A stretch of DNA of 64,000 bases, taken from NCBI GenBank assembly GCA_934090735.1, contig CAKOJR010000002.1, positions 138,788-202,787 of the forward strand, written 5' to 3'. Source of the DNA: an uncultured Bacilli bacterium (GTDB lineage Bacteria > Bacillota_I > Bacilli_A > RF39 > UBA660). The stretch's first letter is position 1, and the number at the start of each line of letters is the position of its first letter. Of the stretch, positions 42,338-52,872 are shown one piece after another. The notes under the pieces were generated by a model that was given only the letters and a program-made list of their open reading frames with translations, searched no databases and was not told the origin of the DNA. Position numbers and translations under genes: made by a program.

Positions 42338-43679
42338 GGTCTTTTTCTATTATATCCATGTATTCTTTTTGTCTAGCTTCTAGGGTTTCCTTGTCTTTTG
42401 CTTCGAATCTTAGTGTTATCATTGGGCCGGTATTAGAGCATCTTACTAAGGCAAAGCCATCTTTGTAGTTTACGCGAACTCCGTCAGAAGTATTGCAGTT
42501 GTAATTTTTGTCCATGGCATATTTTTTTACTTTTTCGACAATTTCACGTTTTTTATCATCTGGGGCATTTAGTCTTATTTCTGGTGTGCTTTCATATTTT
42601 GTGAAGCCATCAAGAAGGTTCTCTGCTTTTACTCCTTTATTCATTAGAAGTTCTGCTGTTCTTAAGCCTGCATATAAGCCATCATCATAGCCATAGTATT
42701 TATCTCTAAAGAATATGTGACCTGAGAACTCCCCACCAACTAGTGCATCTTCATCATGAGTTACTGATTCGATGTATGCTGAACCGTTTTTTACCATTAG
42801 AGGTATTGCTCCTATTTTGTTTAAGTCTTCTTCTAGAGCACATGAACATTTAACGTCTAGAATAACCTTTTTCTTATCAGAGTTTGGGATTATTTCTCTA
42901 GCAAAAATGCCGATAAGTAAATCTGTTCCGATAGTGGTTCCCGTGTTAGTTACAATACCTACTCTATCTGCATCTCCATCGATACCAATTCCTAGATTAT
43001 AGTTACGCGCGCGAACTACTGATTTTAGCCATTTTAAATTATTTTCATCGTTTGGGTCGGGATTATGAATAGGAAATGAACCATCACTATCACAGTTTAG
43101 GAATGTTACTTCTTTAAATATTTTTGAGTAGAGTTCTTTAACAATAATTGAAGCAGTACCGTTTCCGCAGTCTACAACTACCTTTTGGTTTATTTTAGGA
43201 AATTTTTCTAAAAGCATATTTAAATATTCTTTTTTTATGTCATCTTCTTTTAAGGTGCCAAAGCCAGAAGTGAATTTTTCAGTTCTAATTAGCCTATATA
43301 TTTCTTCTAGGCGCTCTCTTCTTAAATGAAGATAGTCTTTACCAAATATTTTAAAACCGTTGTCCTCTTTTTGATTATGGCTTGCGGTAATCATGATACC
43401 ATTTTCTTGCTTTCTAGTAATGCAAGCATAGTTAAGCATTGGAGTTGTTACTAGACCAATGTCAGTAATATTTATGCCTGTATCTAGTAAACCTTCAATT
43501 AATCCTTCATTTAGTTCTTCACTACTAAGGCGGTTATCATGACCTACTATGCATGAGTCATTGCCATTATTTATTAGATATGTTCCGTATGCTCTACCTA
43601 CTCTTTTAGCAATTTCTTTGTTAATATCTTGTGGATAAGTTCCTCTTATATCATTTTCTCTTAATATATTGTAATTCAT
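42330..43679 (-). CDS. phosphohexomutase (phosphomannomutase/phosphoglucomutase/GlmM superfamily)
   Basis: 449 aa. Phosphoserine loop TASHNQKEDNGFK, Mg site GIDGDADRVG, sugar loop GGEFSGH. N-terminus ENDIRGTYP is closer to PMM/PGM than to GlmM (GTDGVRG). Confidence 0.75.
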   Translation of the reverse strand: MNYNILRENDIRGTYPQDINKEIAKRVGRAYGTYLINNGNDSCIVGHDNRLSSEELNEGLIEGLLDTGINITDIGLVTTPMLNYACITRKQENGIMITASHNQKEDNGFKIFGKDYLHLRRERLEEIYRLIRTEKFTSGFGTLKEDDIKKEYLNMLLEKFPKINQKVVVDCGNGTASIIVKELYSKIFKEVTFLNCDSDGSFPIHNPDPNDENNLKWLKSVVRARNYNLGIGIDGDADRVGIVTNTGTTIGTDLLIGIFAREIIPNSDKKKVILDVKCSCALEEDLNKIGAIPLMVKNGSAYIESVTHDEDALVGGEFSGHIFFRDKYYGYDDGLYAGLRTAELLMNKGVKAENLLDGFTKYESTPEIRLNAPDDKKREIVEKVKKYAMDKNYNCNTSDGVRVNYKDGFALVRCSNTGPMITLRFEAKDKETLEARQKEYMDIIEKDLK

Positions 43680-43703
43680 AGTCTCACCTATTTTAATTAT
43701 ATA

Positions 43704-43739
43704 ATAAAAAAAGAGTAATTTTTAGTTTTTGTTACTCTT
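43704..43739 (-). terminator. rho-independent terminator after gpmI
   Basis: Minus strand AAGAGTAA-(13 nt)-TTACTCTT followed by T7. Confidence 0.55.
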
Positions 43740-43750
43740 TTCTTTCAAGT

Positions 43751-45268
43751 TTACATATCTTCTAGGATAAGATCTTTACTTTCTTTCATCTCTTTTGGTA
43801 TAGCAATATCCATGTATTTTAAAATTGTTGGAGCTATGTTGGTTAAGTCGCCTTTTTCTTTTAAGGTGATTTTTTTATCTAAAAGAATGAATGGTACAGG
43901 ACTTGTAGTGTGAGTTGTTACTATTTCTCCATTATCATCTATCATGATATCGCAGTTCCCATGGTCGGCGGTTATCATAACTGTATAGAAGTTATCTTGG
44001 GCTGATTCAACAACTGTTTGGAGAATCTTATCTAAAGCACTAAGACTTGTTACTGTAGCATCCATATTGCCAGTGTGACCTAGCATATCTGGGTTTGCAT
44101 AGTTTACTAGAATAAAGTCAAAGTCGTTTTCTAAGCATTTTTTTACTTGTTTAGTTACGTCGATTGCACTCATTAGAGGTGTTTCATCATATGTTGCAAC
44201 GTTTGGACTTGGGATAAGATAGTTTGTACACATTGGGAATTTCTTACTCTTTTCAGCGTTGAAAAAGTATGTAACATGATTATATTTTTCGGTTTCTGCT
44301 ACTCTTGCTTGTGATAGTTTTAAATCTGAGAAATACTGCCCAATTGGGTATAGATTATCTGGATTTGCTAAAATGAAGAAGTGTTTAACATTTACGACGT
44401 CATCTTGTTTAAACATCATGTATGATTTAAAGTTAGATAAGTTTTTAGTTCTAAATTCTTTAAAGTCAGGATTATTAATAGCGTTTAAAATTTGTCTTGC
44501 TCTATCTGGTCTAAAATTTAGCCATAAAAGAGCATCATTATCACTTATTGGATTTTTACCATTTACTAGCATTGGTGGTAAGAATTCATCAGTGATATTT
44601 TTTCTGTATAGATTGTTTATGGCGGTTTCATAGTTTAAAATATTGAAGCCTACTGCGTTCATTACAAGGTCGTAGTACTTTTGTGTCCTATCCCATTTGT
44701 TGTCTCTATCCATAGCATAGTATCTACCACAGATTGAGCCGATGATGCCATTATTTTCTTTTAGAACTTCTTCCATTTGTTTTAGGTATTTAACACTTGT
44801 TTTTCTTCCAGTGTCTCTACCGTCTGTTATGGCGTGGAATACCATCTTATTAACGCCTTTTTCTTTTAGCAGTGGTATAAGTTTTAACATATAGGAAATA
44901 CTACTATGGACACCTCCATCAGATAGTAATCCCATTAAGTGAAGCGTTCCACCAGTTGTTTCTAAGTGAGATATCATGTCATTAAAGTTTTCGTTATTTA
45001 GAATTTCTCTATTTTCAATATTTTCGTTTATGATAGTAATTTTTTGTTTTATTTTTTTACCTAGGCCAATTACTTCATGACAAACTTCGGAGTTACCGAA
45101 TTGGCCTTTTGGAAGACCTACTGCTTCTCCTGATGATTCTAGAGTGCTGTGAGGATATTCCTCCCATAGTTTATTAAAGTATGTCATGTTTGCTTTTTTA
45201 ATTGCATTACCATGTTCGTCTTCTCTTAAGCCAAATCCATCAAATATAATTAAAAGTATTTTTTTCAT
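43751..45268 (-). CDS. gpmI: 2,3-bisphosphoglycerate-independent phosphoglycerate mutase
   Basis: 505 aa. IIFDGFG, GLPKGQFGNSEVCH (catalytic Ser), ITDGRD and ADHGN metal-site motifs. Confidence 0.9.
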   Translation of the reverse strand: MKKILLIIFDGFGLREDEHGNAIKKANMTYFNKLWEEYPHSTLESSGEAVGLPKGQFGNSEVCHEVIGLGKKIKQKITIINENIENREILNNENFNDMISHLETTGGTLHLMGLLSDGGVHSSISYMLKLIPLLKEKGVNKMVFHAITDGRDTGRKTSVKYLKQMEEVLKENNGIIGSICGRYYAMDRDNKWDRTQKYYDLVMNAVGFNILNYETAINNLYRKNITDEFLPPMLVNGKNPISDNDALLWLNFRPDRARQILNAINNPDFKEFRTKNLSNFKSYMMFKQDDVVNVKHFFILANPDNLYPIGQYFSDLKLSQARVAETEKYNHVTYFFNAEKSKKFPMCTNYLIPSPNVATYDETPLMSAIDVTKQVKKCLENDFDFILVNYANPDMLGHTGNMDATVTSLSALDKILQTVVESAQDNFYTVMITADHGNCDIMIDDNGEIVTTHTTSPVPFILLDKKITLKEKGDLTNIAPTILKYMDIAIPKEMKESKDLILEDM

Positions 45269-45324
45269 ATTGTCACCTTCGTTATTATTTTATCACAATA
45301 TTTTTTAAAAAAACATATATTTTT

Positions 45325-45351
45325 TTAGCACTCTCTATTGACAAGTGCTAA
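45325..45351 (+). promoter_or_regulatory. CIRCE (HrcA operator) upstream of clpB
   Basis: TTAGCACTC-tctattgac-AAGTGCTAA versus consensus TTAGCACTC-N9-GAGTGCTAA (one mismatch). Confidence 0.8.
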
Positions 45352-45365
45352 CTATGGAGTATAAT
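45338..45365 (+). promoter_or_regulatory. sigma-A promoter of clpB embedded in CIRCE
   Basis: TTGACA-N16-TATAAT. The -35 lies in the CIRCE spacer. GGAGGGG SD and ATG follow at 45397. Confidence 0.65.
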
Positions 45366-45396
45366 ATTATGTGTAAACTTGATTGGAGGGGTGAAT

Positions 45397-47514
45397 ATGA
45401 ATAACAATGAGTTTGAAGAAGGACTTAAGAATCCTTTAGAAAAATATGGACGTGATATATGCGCTCTTGCTAAAGACGGAAAAATAGATCCCGTTATTGG
45501 CAGAGATGATGAGGTCCGTTCTATTACAAGAATATTATCAAGAAAAACTAAGAACAACCCTGTTCTTATTGGTGAGCCAGGTGTTGGTAAGACCGCTATT
45601 GTTGAGGGGCTTGCACAAAGAATTATTAAGGGTGATGTTCCTAGTAGTTTAAAAAATAAGCGTATTTGGGAGCTTGATATGTCTGCTCTTATAGCTGGTG
45701 CTAAGTATCGTGGTGAGTTTGAGGAAAGACTTAAAGCTGTATTAAAAGCTGTTAAGGATTCTGATGGCGAGATTATTATGTTTATTGATGAGATACATAT
45801 GATAGTTGGTACTGGGGCTTTGGAAGGCGCAATGGATGCTGGTAATATTTTAAAGCCAATGCTTGCCAGAGGTGAATTACACTGCATAGGAGCTACTACT
45901 TTAAATGAGTATCGTAAGTATATTGAGAAAGATGCTGCTTTAGAAAGACGTTTTCAAAAGGTACTTGTTAGTGAGCCATCTGTAATTGATACAATTACAA
46001 TACTTCGTGGTTTAAAGAATAGATTTGAAGTTTATCATGGAGTTACTATTAAGGATAAAGCTTTGGTTGCAGCTGCGACGATGAGCGATAGATATATTAC
46101 AGATAGATTCTTACCAGATAAAGCTATAGATTTAGTTGATGAAGCTTGTGCAACAATTAAGGTTCAATTAGAGTCTGTACCTACTTCACTTGATAATTTA
46201 ACAAGAAGTATTTTAAGACTTCAAGTTGAAAAGGAAGCATTAAAGAAAGAAAAGGATAAGTTTTCTAAGGAAAGAATTAATGAGATTGATGAGAAGTTAA
46301 AAGATATGCAAGCTAAAGAAGCTAAGCTTAGAAGTGACTGGGAAGATGAAAAACGTGTTAATAATCTAATAAATAAGAAGAAGGAAGAAATTGAGAATGC
46401 TAGACGTGAGCTTGAGTATGCTGAAGCTAGATATGATTTAGATACAGTTGCTAGATTACAACATGGTACTATTCCTAAACTTGAGAAGGAACTTGCTGAT
46501 TTGAAATTAGAAGATAAAAATGCAATATTAAGTGATGTTGTTGATGATGAGTCTATTGCAAGAATTGTTTCTAAGTGGACTAATATTCCCGTAAGTAAAC
46601 TTGCTAGTAGTGAAAAAGATAAGTTACTACATTTAGAAGATAACTTAAAGATGCGTGTTAAGGGACAAGATGAGGCATTACATTTAGTTAGTGAAGCGAT
46701 TATAAGAGCTAGGGCTGGCATTAAAGATCCTAATAGACCAATTGGCTCATTTATCTTTCTAGGTCCTACTGGTGTTGGTAAGACTGAGGTTGCTAAAGCA
46801 CTTGCTTATGAGTTATTTGATGATGAAAGACATATGGTTCGTATTGATATGAGTGAGTATATGGAAGCACATTCTGTTTCTAGATTAGTTGGTGCGCCTC
46901 CAGGATATGTAGGTTATGATGAAGGTGGTCAGCTTACTGAGGAAGTTAGACGCAATCCATATAGTATTATCTTGTTTGATGAGATTGAAAAAGCTCATAA
47001 GGATGTGTTTAATATCTTACTTCAAATATTAGATGATGGCAGAATTACTGATTCACAAGGTAGAACTGTTGATTTTAAGAATACGATTATTATTATGACT
47101 TCTAATTTAGGTAGTGAATATATTTTAGATAATAGTACTAATAAAAATGAACTTGTTATGGGAGAACTTAGAAAAACATTTAAGCCTGAGTTTATCAATC
47201 GTATAGATGAAGTCATTATATTTAATTCATTATCTAAAAGTGTTGTTTATGATATTTTAGATAAAATTGTTAGAGAGACTGAAGCTAGATTAAGTGATAA
47301 GAAAATTAAATTAGTTCTTACTGATAAAGCTAAAGATTATATTATAGATAATTCTTATGATGAGAATTATGGTGCTAGACCTATTAAGAGATATGTTAGT
47401 CGTAATTTAGAGTCTATGCTTGCTAAAGCAATTATTCTTGATGAAATTAAGTATGATAGTGAGGTTATTATTGATGTTAAAGATAATGAACTCATAATAA
47501 AAGAGGACAAGTAA
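45397..47514 (+). CDS. clpB: ClpB disaggregase lacking the N-terminal domain
   Basis: Start at MNNNEFEE (GGAGGGG 5 nt upstream). [10 protein letters not shown], two P-loops ([18 protein letters not shown]) and a long coiled-coil M-domain between them. Sequence begins ~15 aa before NBD1. Confidence 0.9.
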   Translation: MNNNEFEEGLKNPLEKYGRDICALAKDGKIDPVIGRDDEVRSITRILSRKTKNNPVLIGEPGVGKTAIVEGLAQRIIKGDVPSSLKNKRIWELDMSALIAGAKYRGEFEERLKAVLKAVKDSDGEIIMFIDEIHMIVGTGALEGAMDAGNILKPMLARGELHCIGATTLNEYRKYIEKDAALERRFQKVLVSEPSVIDTITILRGLKNRFEVYHGVTIKDKALVAAATMSDRYITDRFLPDKAIDLVDEACATIKVQLESVPTSLDNLTRSILRLQVEKEALKKEKDKFSKERINEIDEKLKDMQAKEAKLRSDWEDEKRVNNLINKKKEEIENARRELEYAEARYDLDTVARLQHGTIPKLEKELADLKLEDKNAILSDVVDDESIARIVSKWTNIPVSKLASSEKDKLLHLEDNLKMRVKGQDEALHLVSEAIIRARAGIKDPNRPIGSFIFLGPTGVGKTEVAKALAYELFDDERHMVRIDMSEYMEAHSVSRLVGAPPGYVGYDEGGQLTEEVRRNPYSIILFDEIEKAHKDVFNILLQILDDGRITDSQGRTVDFKNTIIIMTSNLGSEYILDNSTNKNELVMGELRKTFKPEFINRIDEVIIFNSLSKSVVYDILDKIVRETEARLSDKKIKLVLTDKAKDYIIDNSYDENYGARPIKRYVSRNLESMLAKAIILDEIKYDSEVIIDVKDNELIIKEDK

Positions 47515-47524
47515 GTCCCCTTTT

Positions 47525-48037
47525 TTAGATCTTGGTACCAGTATAGGCATTAATGTAGAATAAATAGCAGTTGTAGCAGAATAATGGTTTTCTATATTCA
47601 TAGAACTCGATAGCATCTGGGTCATATGGCTTTTTGGTAAAATCTTGAAAGTTTAATCTAATATAATCTTTAAGATTATCCATATTACTGAATTTTTTTA
47701 TTCCTTTTTGTCCTTCCCAAGAAGCTTCAAACCAATACATTTGGTCATCTATTTTAATTGTAGTAAATGTGTGGCATGGTGAGCCACCTTTTTTATTTTT
47801 AATGACAGCCATTATTGTGTGGTTTTCAATATTATTTTTATCAAAGAAATGCCTTTCAAGTTCACATAGTTCCCAGCAAATGGCGTATCCACTTTCTTCT
47901 ATTTTATTATAGGCTTGCATTTTATATTCTTTCGCAAATATTTTTGGTTCTAGTTTTGGGTGAAGACATCCTTTTTTATCATGCCAGCCATATTTTATTT
48001 TAAGTAGTTTATTATAAAATTCTTCAGTTTCTTTCAT
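47525..48037 (-). CDS. hypothetical protein, possible transglutaminase-like Cys-His fold
   Basis: 170 aa. SGYAICWELCELERHFF ... SPCHTFTTI ... YWFEAS resembles the C/H/D(E) spacing of transglutaminase-like peptidases. Weak. Confidence 0.3.
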   Translation of the reverse strand: MKETEEFYNKLLKIKYGWHDKKGCLHPKLEPKIFAKEYKMQAYNKIEESGYAICWELCELERHFFDKNNIENHTIMAVIKNKKGGSPCHTFTTIKIDDQMYWFEASWEGQKGIKKFSNMDNLKDYIRLNFQDFTKKPYDPDAIEFYEYRKPLFCYNCYLFYINAYTGTKI

Positions 48038-48049
48038 GGGTCTCCTTAT

Positions 48050-48074
48050 AAAAAGAACATCAAAAAGATGTTCT
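48050..48074 (-). terminator. hairpin terminator after cdaR
   Basis: Minus strand AGAACATC-TTTTT-GATGTTCT followed by TTTT, then the AAGGAGA SD of the next gene. Confidence 0.5.
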
Positions 48075-49446
48075 AGCTATATATTTTAACTTTTACAGTT
48101 GCTCTTTTTGGTACAAGGGTAATTCTTACGTCGTCTGAGCTAACTTTTACAGGTACGTCATATGTTCCTGGACCGTAGCCACTTAAGTCAATATATGCTT
48201 TGATTTTTGATGTGTCAATAGTGTCTAATACACTTGATACACCTTTAGCAATTACTTCAATTGTTCTATCTTCTTCGCTAATAGCGTTAACTGAATATCC
48301 TGTTCCTAGGTTAATAGATTCAATAATGATTCCACTAAATTCTTTACTTGATTCAGTGTCTAGTTTTACTTCAACAGTTGTATTTGTTTCACTTAGATAT
48401 CTTACGCCAGCTGGTTTAGTTAGGTTAACATTAAATTTCTTATCTGAATTTAATTTATTAATATCAATTTTTGCTTCAATGTAAGATAATTTTTTAATTT
48501 CAGTTTCGTCACCATATACACCTACTTTGGTTACTGAACTTGTAACACTTGATAGGGCATAACCACTATTGATAGTTCCGGTAGTTACTACTTTAACTGG
48601 TAGTTCAACGTAATATGAGTCTACAGTTACTGATGCACTAATCTTAGCTGGAACGATTTCGACATTATCAATCTTTTTACCATCTGAGCCATAAGCTACT
48701 AACATGATTGAGTCGACAGTAAATGTTCCTTTTTCAGTAAGTTTAGCTGCTTCTAAATCAATTAGAGCTTTTACTTTAGCAACCTTATCTAATGTTTCTT
48801 TACTACCTTTAACGATGACTTCGTTTCTATCTAGTTCAACTGATTTAATGCTTAATTTCTTATCAAGTTTGTCTTCATTTAATAAATCGTAGTCAAGGGT
48901 TTTAACGTCACTTACTTTTTCACTTATTTTTACTGTGATTGTTCCTGGGTCTAATTTGTAATCTACTGATTCAACACTATGGTTGTATTTTAGTTTTACT
49001 TTATAAGTACCTACTCCATAACCACTTAAGTCCATTACTACTTCGTGTTCACCAAGTTGTTTAGCAAGATATAGTGAACTTTTTCTGCCAATAAGTGTGA
49101 TGTCTACAGTTTCTGGTACTCCATCAACTACATATGCTTCTTCATTATAGATAACGTTTACTGGTTGGTCTGATAAAATTTCAGCTTCATCTGTTACTAG
49201 GTTAATTGCTTTAGTATCAATAAGAACGAATAAAGCAATTGCACTAAATAAAGATATGTATAATAAAACGTTTGGTCTATTAAGAAGACGCTCGATTTTA
49301 CCGCTATTGTTTTTTGATAGTTCACTTATCCTATAAATTAATCTACTTATTGGAGTAACTATAAATTTATCAATTAATCTATAAATGGCTTTAAAGAAGA
49401 GTATAATTGGTTTAAATATTTTATTCATCTTCTTCACCTTCTTCAT
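48073..49446 (-). CDS. cdaR: CdaR (YbbR-domain) regulator of diadenylate cyclase
   Basis: 457 aa. N-terminal TM followed by four YbbR-like beta repeats. Overlaps the 3' end of cdaA, as in other Firmicutes. Confidence 0.75.
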   Translation of the reverse strand: MKKVKKMNKIFKPIILFFKAIYRLIDKFIVTPISRLIYRISELSKNNSGKIERLLNRPNVLLYISLFSAIALFVLIDTKAINLVTDEAEILSDQPVNVIYNEEAYVVDGVPETVDITLIGRKSSLYLAKQLGEHEVVMDLSGYGVGTYKVKLKYNHSVESVDYKLDPGTITVKISEKVSDVKTLDYDLLNEDKLDKKLSIKSVELDRNEVIVKGSKETLDKVAKVKALIDLEAAKLTEKGTFTVDSIMLVAYGSDGKKIDNVEIVPAKISASVTVDSYYVELPVKVVTTGTINSGYALSSVTSSVTKVGVYGDETEIKKLSYIEAKIDINKLNSDKKFNVNLTKPAGVRYLSETNTTVEVKLDTESSKEFSGIIIESINLGTGYSVNAISEEDRTIEVIAKGVSSVLDTIDTSKIKAYIDLSGYGPGTYDVPVKVSSDDVRITLVPKRATVKVKIYS

Positions 49447-50248
49447 TTACGTCTGCATCATAGAAAACTTCCATTTTTGGTTTAAGTTCTTCTAGGAGCA
49501 TTATTTTGAATTCTTCTAGGGTTAGGTTGTAGTTGATATTACCGTCAACAGCTATTGATATTGCTCCAGTTTCTTCTGATACAATTAATGCAATAGCGTC
49601 GGTTTCTTCAGCTACACCTAAAGCTGCACGGTGTCTTGTTCCTAATTTTTTGCTTACATTAGGGTTCATACTTGTTTTAAATACTGCTCCAGCACATGTG
49701 ATGCGGTCTCCTTGAATAATTACGCCACCATCATGTAATGGATTTGGTGGGAAGAAGATTGCTTCAAGTAAAGGTGCAGTTATGTCTGAATAAATTTTAT
49801 TTGCTGGTTGGATATATTCTTGAAGAGATACATTTCTTTCAATAACAATAAGAGCGCCTATACGATTTCTTTTTAAGTATTCTACAGCAGTAGTAATTTC
49901 AAATACTGCTCTTTCTCTTTGATCGGCAGTTAATACTTTATGTCTTCCTAGAAGCTGGCTTCTACCAATTGTTTCAAGAACTGTTCTAATTTCTGGTTGA
50001 AAGATTATAATTAATGCAAGAGGTCCCCAAGAGATTACGTACTCTAAAAGTAATCCAATTGTATATAAATTTAACCAATCGCTTAGTAGTTTAATAGCAA
50101 TTATGATTATAATTCCTTTAAATATAAGAACTAGTTTAACATTATTTTTTAAATTTTTTAATAAGTAATAAAACATTAACCATACTAGGCTTATGTCAAT
50201 TATTTTTGTTATGATTTCCCATATTGACGTGAAAGTCATTTTCATCAC
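49421..50248 (-). CDS. cdaA: diadenylate cyclase CdaA
   Basis: Three N-terminal TMs. DAC domain with LHDGGVII and GTRHRAALG motifs. Confidence 0.9.
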   Translation of the reverse strand: MMKMTFTSIWEIITKIIDISLVWLMFYYLLKNLKNNVKLVLIFKGIIIIIAIKLLSDWLNLYTIGLLLEYVISWGPLALIIIFQPEIRTVLETIGRSQLLGRHKVLTADQRERAVFEITTAVEYLKRNRIGALIVIERNVSLQEYIQPANKIYSDITAPLLEAIFFPPNPLHDGGVIIQGDRITCAGAVFKTSMNPNVSKKLGTRHRAALGVAEETDAIALIVSEETGAISIAVDGNINYNLTLEEFKIMLLEELKPKMEVFYDADVNEEGEEDE

Positions 50249-50324
50249 TCCTTAGCATTTTTATTATAACAAATAATTAATCAAATATCTACGTTTAATT
50301 ATGTGCTAGTAAAAAAGGAAGACG

Positions 50325-50567
50325 TTAATTTTGGCCTTCCTTTGGTTCTTCTTCATCTTTTATTTCTTCTATTTCCGGTATAAAACTTTCATTTGCTGGC
50401 TCTTGCTCTGTTGTTTCATCATTGACAAATTCTTGGCGGTCTGTTGACTTATTGTTTTCACCTTTTTTACGTTTCTTGTCATTGTCAACTAAATAGCCAA
50501 TTAGAGCAAATAATAAGAAAGCTGCAATAATAATTATTAGAAAATAGTTTTTTGCGATAAACTCCAT
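50325..50567 (-). CDS. small membrane protein with acidic tail
   Basis: 80 aa. One TM (FLIIIIAAFLLFALIGYLV), E/D-rich C-terminus. AAGGAGGAAT SD. Confidence 0.45.
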   Translation of the reverse strand: MEFIAKNYFLIIIIAAFLLFALIGYLVDNDKKRKKGENNKSTDRQEFVNDETTEQEPANESFIPEIEEIKDEEEPKEGQN

Positions 50568-50594
50568 TTTATTCCTCCTTATATATTATACTCT

Positions 50595-51650
50595 TTATTC
50601 GATTGATAATGTCTGTCCTTTTGGTTGGATTTGAATAAATGTGTTTCCGTCGTTTACAACTAGTTCTTCACCATTTTGATATTTGTAGATTGTTTGTGCT
50701 GCTCTGCTTTTCTTTTCCCATGTTATTGGTACTGCTATGCCTTCTGAAATATAATATCCAGTTCCAGAGCCAACATTTTCTAGACCTTGTCTTCCTTTGT
50801 TTTCTGCATCATCAAGGGTATAATTTTTTACTTGATATGTGATAATATTTTTAAATGTGTATTGCTTTTTTGTAACATAATCTATATGGGCTTTACCATT
50901 TACGCTTCTTAAGTATACTTTTTCTTCTGGGTCATATTGATATGATGAAGTAACTGAATTTGAATATTTAATTGAAACATTGTTTGCAGTAGTTTGACCT
51001 TCATACTTAGTTAAATCTAGAGAATCTACACTGTAGTTAAGTAACAGGTCACTGTTACGTTCAGTTCTTTTTGAGCCAAGACCTTTGTTTAATTTTTCAA
51101 TGCTTGTAAATAAAGTGTGTTCTGATGATACTTTTAGGGTTTTATCTCTCCATCCGGTTTTTGTGTTGTCAACTTCTATTCTATCTACTCCTAAAGTACT
51201 AAAATCTGAATTTGCTTGAGGGCTTTTTCCATGGTGAACATATATTGCATCATTTTCTAGTGCATAGTCTAAATAATAATGTCTTGCACTTCTAATTGAG
51301 CCAATTCTTTCAGTAGATTGATCAAGGAATAATGCCATGTATCTTGTTAGGCCACCTTCAACAATCATTTCGTATATTATATAAGCATCTTGAAGTCCGC
51401 TTTGAAGAGGCCTTGCTGTACCTATGTTATTAATCATGACCGCATATGGTCTTGATTTAGAGTCAGGATTTACTATTTTTAGTTTTTTTACTGGAGTTGT
51501 TGCTGTGGTTGCTGGCTCATTAGGATTCTTTGATGGCTCCTTCTTATCTTTCTTTAAAACACTTACTAATACTATAGCAATTATTAAAACGATTATTGCT
51601 AATATTAAGTATCCGTACTTTTTATTCTTTAAATTTAATTTTATTTTCAT
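50595..51650 (-). CDS. DUF3048 (YerB-like) secreted/anchored protein
   Basis: RPYAVMINNIGTARPLQSGLQDAYIIYEMIVEGGLTRYMALF is the characteristic DUF3048 N-domain pattern. Confidence 0.7.
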   Translation of the reverse strand: MKIKLNLKNKKYGYLILAIIVLIIAIVLVSVLKKDKKEPSKNPNEPATTATTPVKKLKIVNPDSKSRPYAVMINNIGTARPLQSGLQDAYIIYEMIVEGGLTRYMALFLDQSTERIGSIRSARHYYLDYALENDAIYVHHGKSPQANSDFSTLGVDRIEVDNTKTGWRDKTLKVSSEHTLFTSIEKLNKGLGSKRTERNSDLLLNYSVDSLDLTKYEGQTTANNVSIKYSNSVTSSYQYDPEEKVYLRSVNGKAHIDYVTKKQYTFKNIITYQVKNYTLDDAENKGRQGLENVGSGTGYYISEGIAVPITWEKKSRAAQTIYKYQNGEELVVNDGNTFIQIQPKGQTLSIE

Positions 51651-51750
51651 TTTACCACCTAATTTAATAATAGCATAAACTACTCTTTTTTTAAATATTT
51701 AATTTGTATAAAATAAATGTTTTTGATATACTTATATTGAGGTGAAATAC

Positions 51751-52872
51751 ATGGATAATATTAAAAAGATGTTTGAAAATCCAATAGCAAGGAATGCAAT
51801 GATGGGTCTTGGTATATTTATGCTTGTTGTTATAATAATTGTTTTGATTGCATCGTGCTCTGGTGGCAGAAAATATACTTATGAAGAATTAGAGGCAAAA
51901 ATGGTATCTAGTGCTAAAAAGTATTATGAAGCTAATGGTTCTAATTTACCAAGTAATGATAAAGATAAGGTTGAGCTTTCTTTACAGACTTTAATTGATG
52001 GTGGTTATGTTAAGGAAACTAGTAAGATTACTAAAGATAAAGTGAGCTGTACTGGTAAAGTTATTGTAGTAAATAATAATGGAAATTATTTATATTCTCC
52101 TTATTTAGATTGTGGTAGTAATTATAAGACAAAATATTTGATTGATATTTTAGAAGATGAAAGTAATATTGTTACCACAGGTAATGGACTATATAAAAAT
52201 GGTTCAGAATATATTTATAAAGGCGATAATGTAAATAATGTTTTAATTTTAAATGAATTAAAGTATATGATTATGAGTATTGATGATAATGGTGTAAGAG
52301 TTGTTGATACTACTAAAAGAGATTCTGTTGCTTGGGATAACAGATATAATGTTGAGAAGCAAGGCTCTATGGGTATTAATGATTATGTTACTAATAATAT
52401 TAATAGTAGAATTAAAGATACTCTTGAAGAGATTTATAATAAAGATGATGTTTATCCAAAAGAAATAAAAGGTTATTTTGCTACTAGCAGTGTATGTATT
52501 GATAAAGTATCTATTGGTGATATTAAAACCAATGATGGTTGTGATAAAAAGTTAGATAAACAAGTATTTAGTTTACTTACTGCAAATGATTTCTTTAAAC
52601 CAAGTTTAGATGAAAATTGTGCTACAAATAGTAAAGCTTGTATAAATTATAATTATTTATCTTCTATTGGAAATAGCTGGACAATTACTGCTGATAAAGA
52701 TACTAGTTATAAAGTTTATAAAATAACTAGTGGTGAGTTAGAACTTAAAAATGCTTCAGGTATGGCTACTTATAAAATTGTTACTTATTTAGATAAGAAT
52801 GTATTATATTCTTCTGGTGATGGCAGTGAAGCTAATCCATATGTTGTTAAAACTTATATTGAAAAAAAATAG
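51751..52872 (+). CDS. TM-anchored surface protein with pilin-head-like segment and C-terminal module related to ORF 3819-5741
   Basis: Start ATG 51751 (GAGGTGA 5 nt upstream). TM then ELSLQTLIDGGYVKE...SCTGKVIV. YIYKGDNVNNVLIL...NGVRVVD parallels YYFRGTVKNNYVEF...WRIVRITGDGSIKL. Ends GDGSEANPYVVK. Confidence 0.5.
   Translation: MDNIKKMFENPIARNAMMGLGIFMLVVIIIVLIASCSGGRKYTYEELEAKMVSSAKKYYEANGSNLPSNDKDKVELSLQTLIDGGYVKETSKITKDKVSCTGKVIVVNNNGNYLYSPYLDCGSNYKTKYLIDILEDESNIVTTGNGLYKNGSEYIYKGDNVNNVLILNELKYMIMSIDDNGVRVVDTTKRDSVAWDNRYNVEKQGSMGINDYVTNNINSRIKDTLEEIYNKDDVYPKEIKGYFATSSVCIDKVSIGDIKTNDGCDKKLDKQVFSLLTANDFFKPSLDENCATNSKACINYNYLSSIGNSWTITADKDTSYKVYKITSGELELKNASGMATYKIVTYLDKNVLYSSGDGSEANPYVVKTYIEKK

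Noticed and set aside
45348-45887. 179-aa minus-strand ORF opposite the start of clpB
   Set aside because: It lies entirely antisense to a strongly supported clpB with a CIRCE element, promoter and SD. Its translation is low-complexity and Ser/Leu/Pro/Ile-rich, as expected from reading an AT-rich coding strand backwards.
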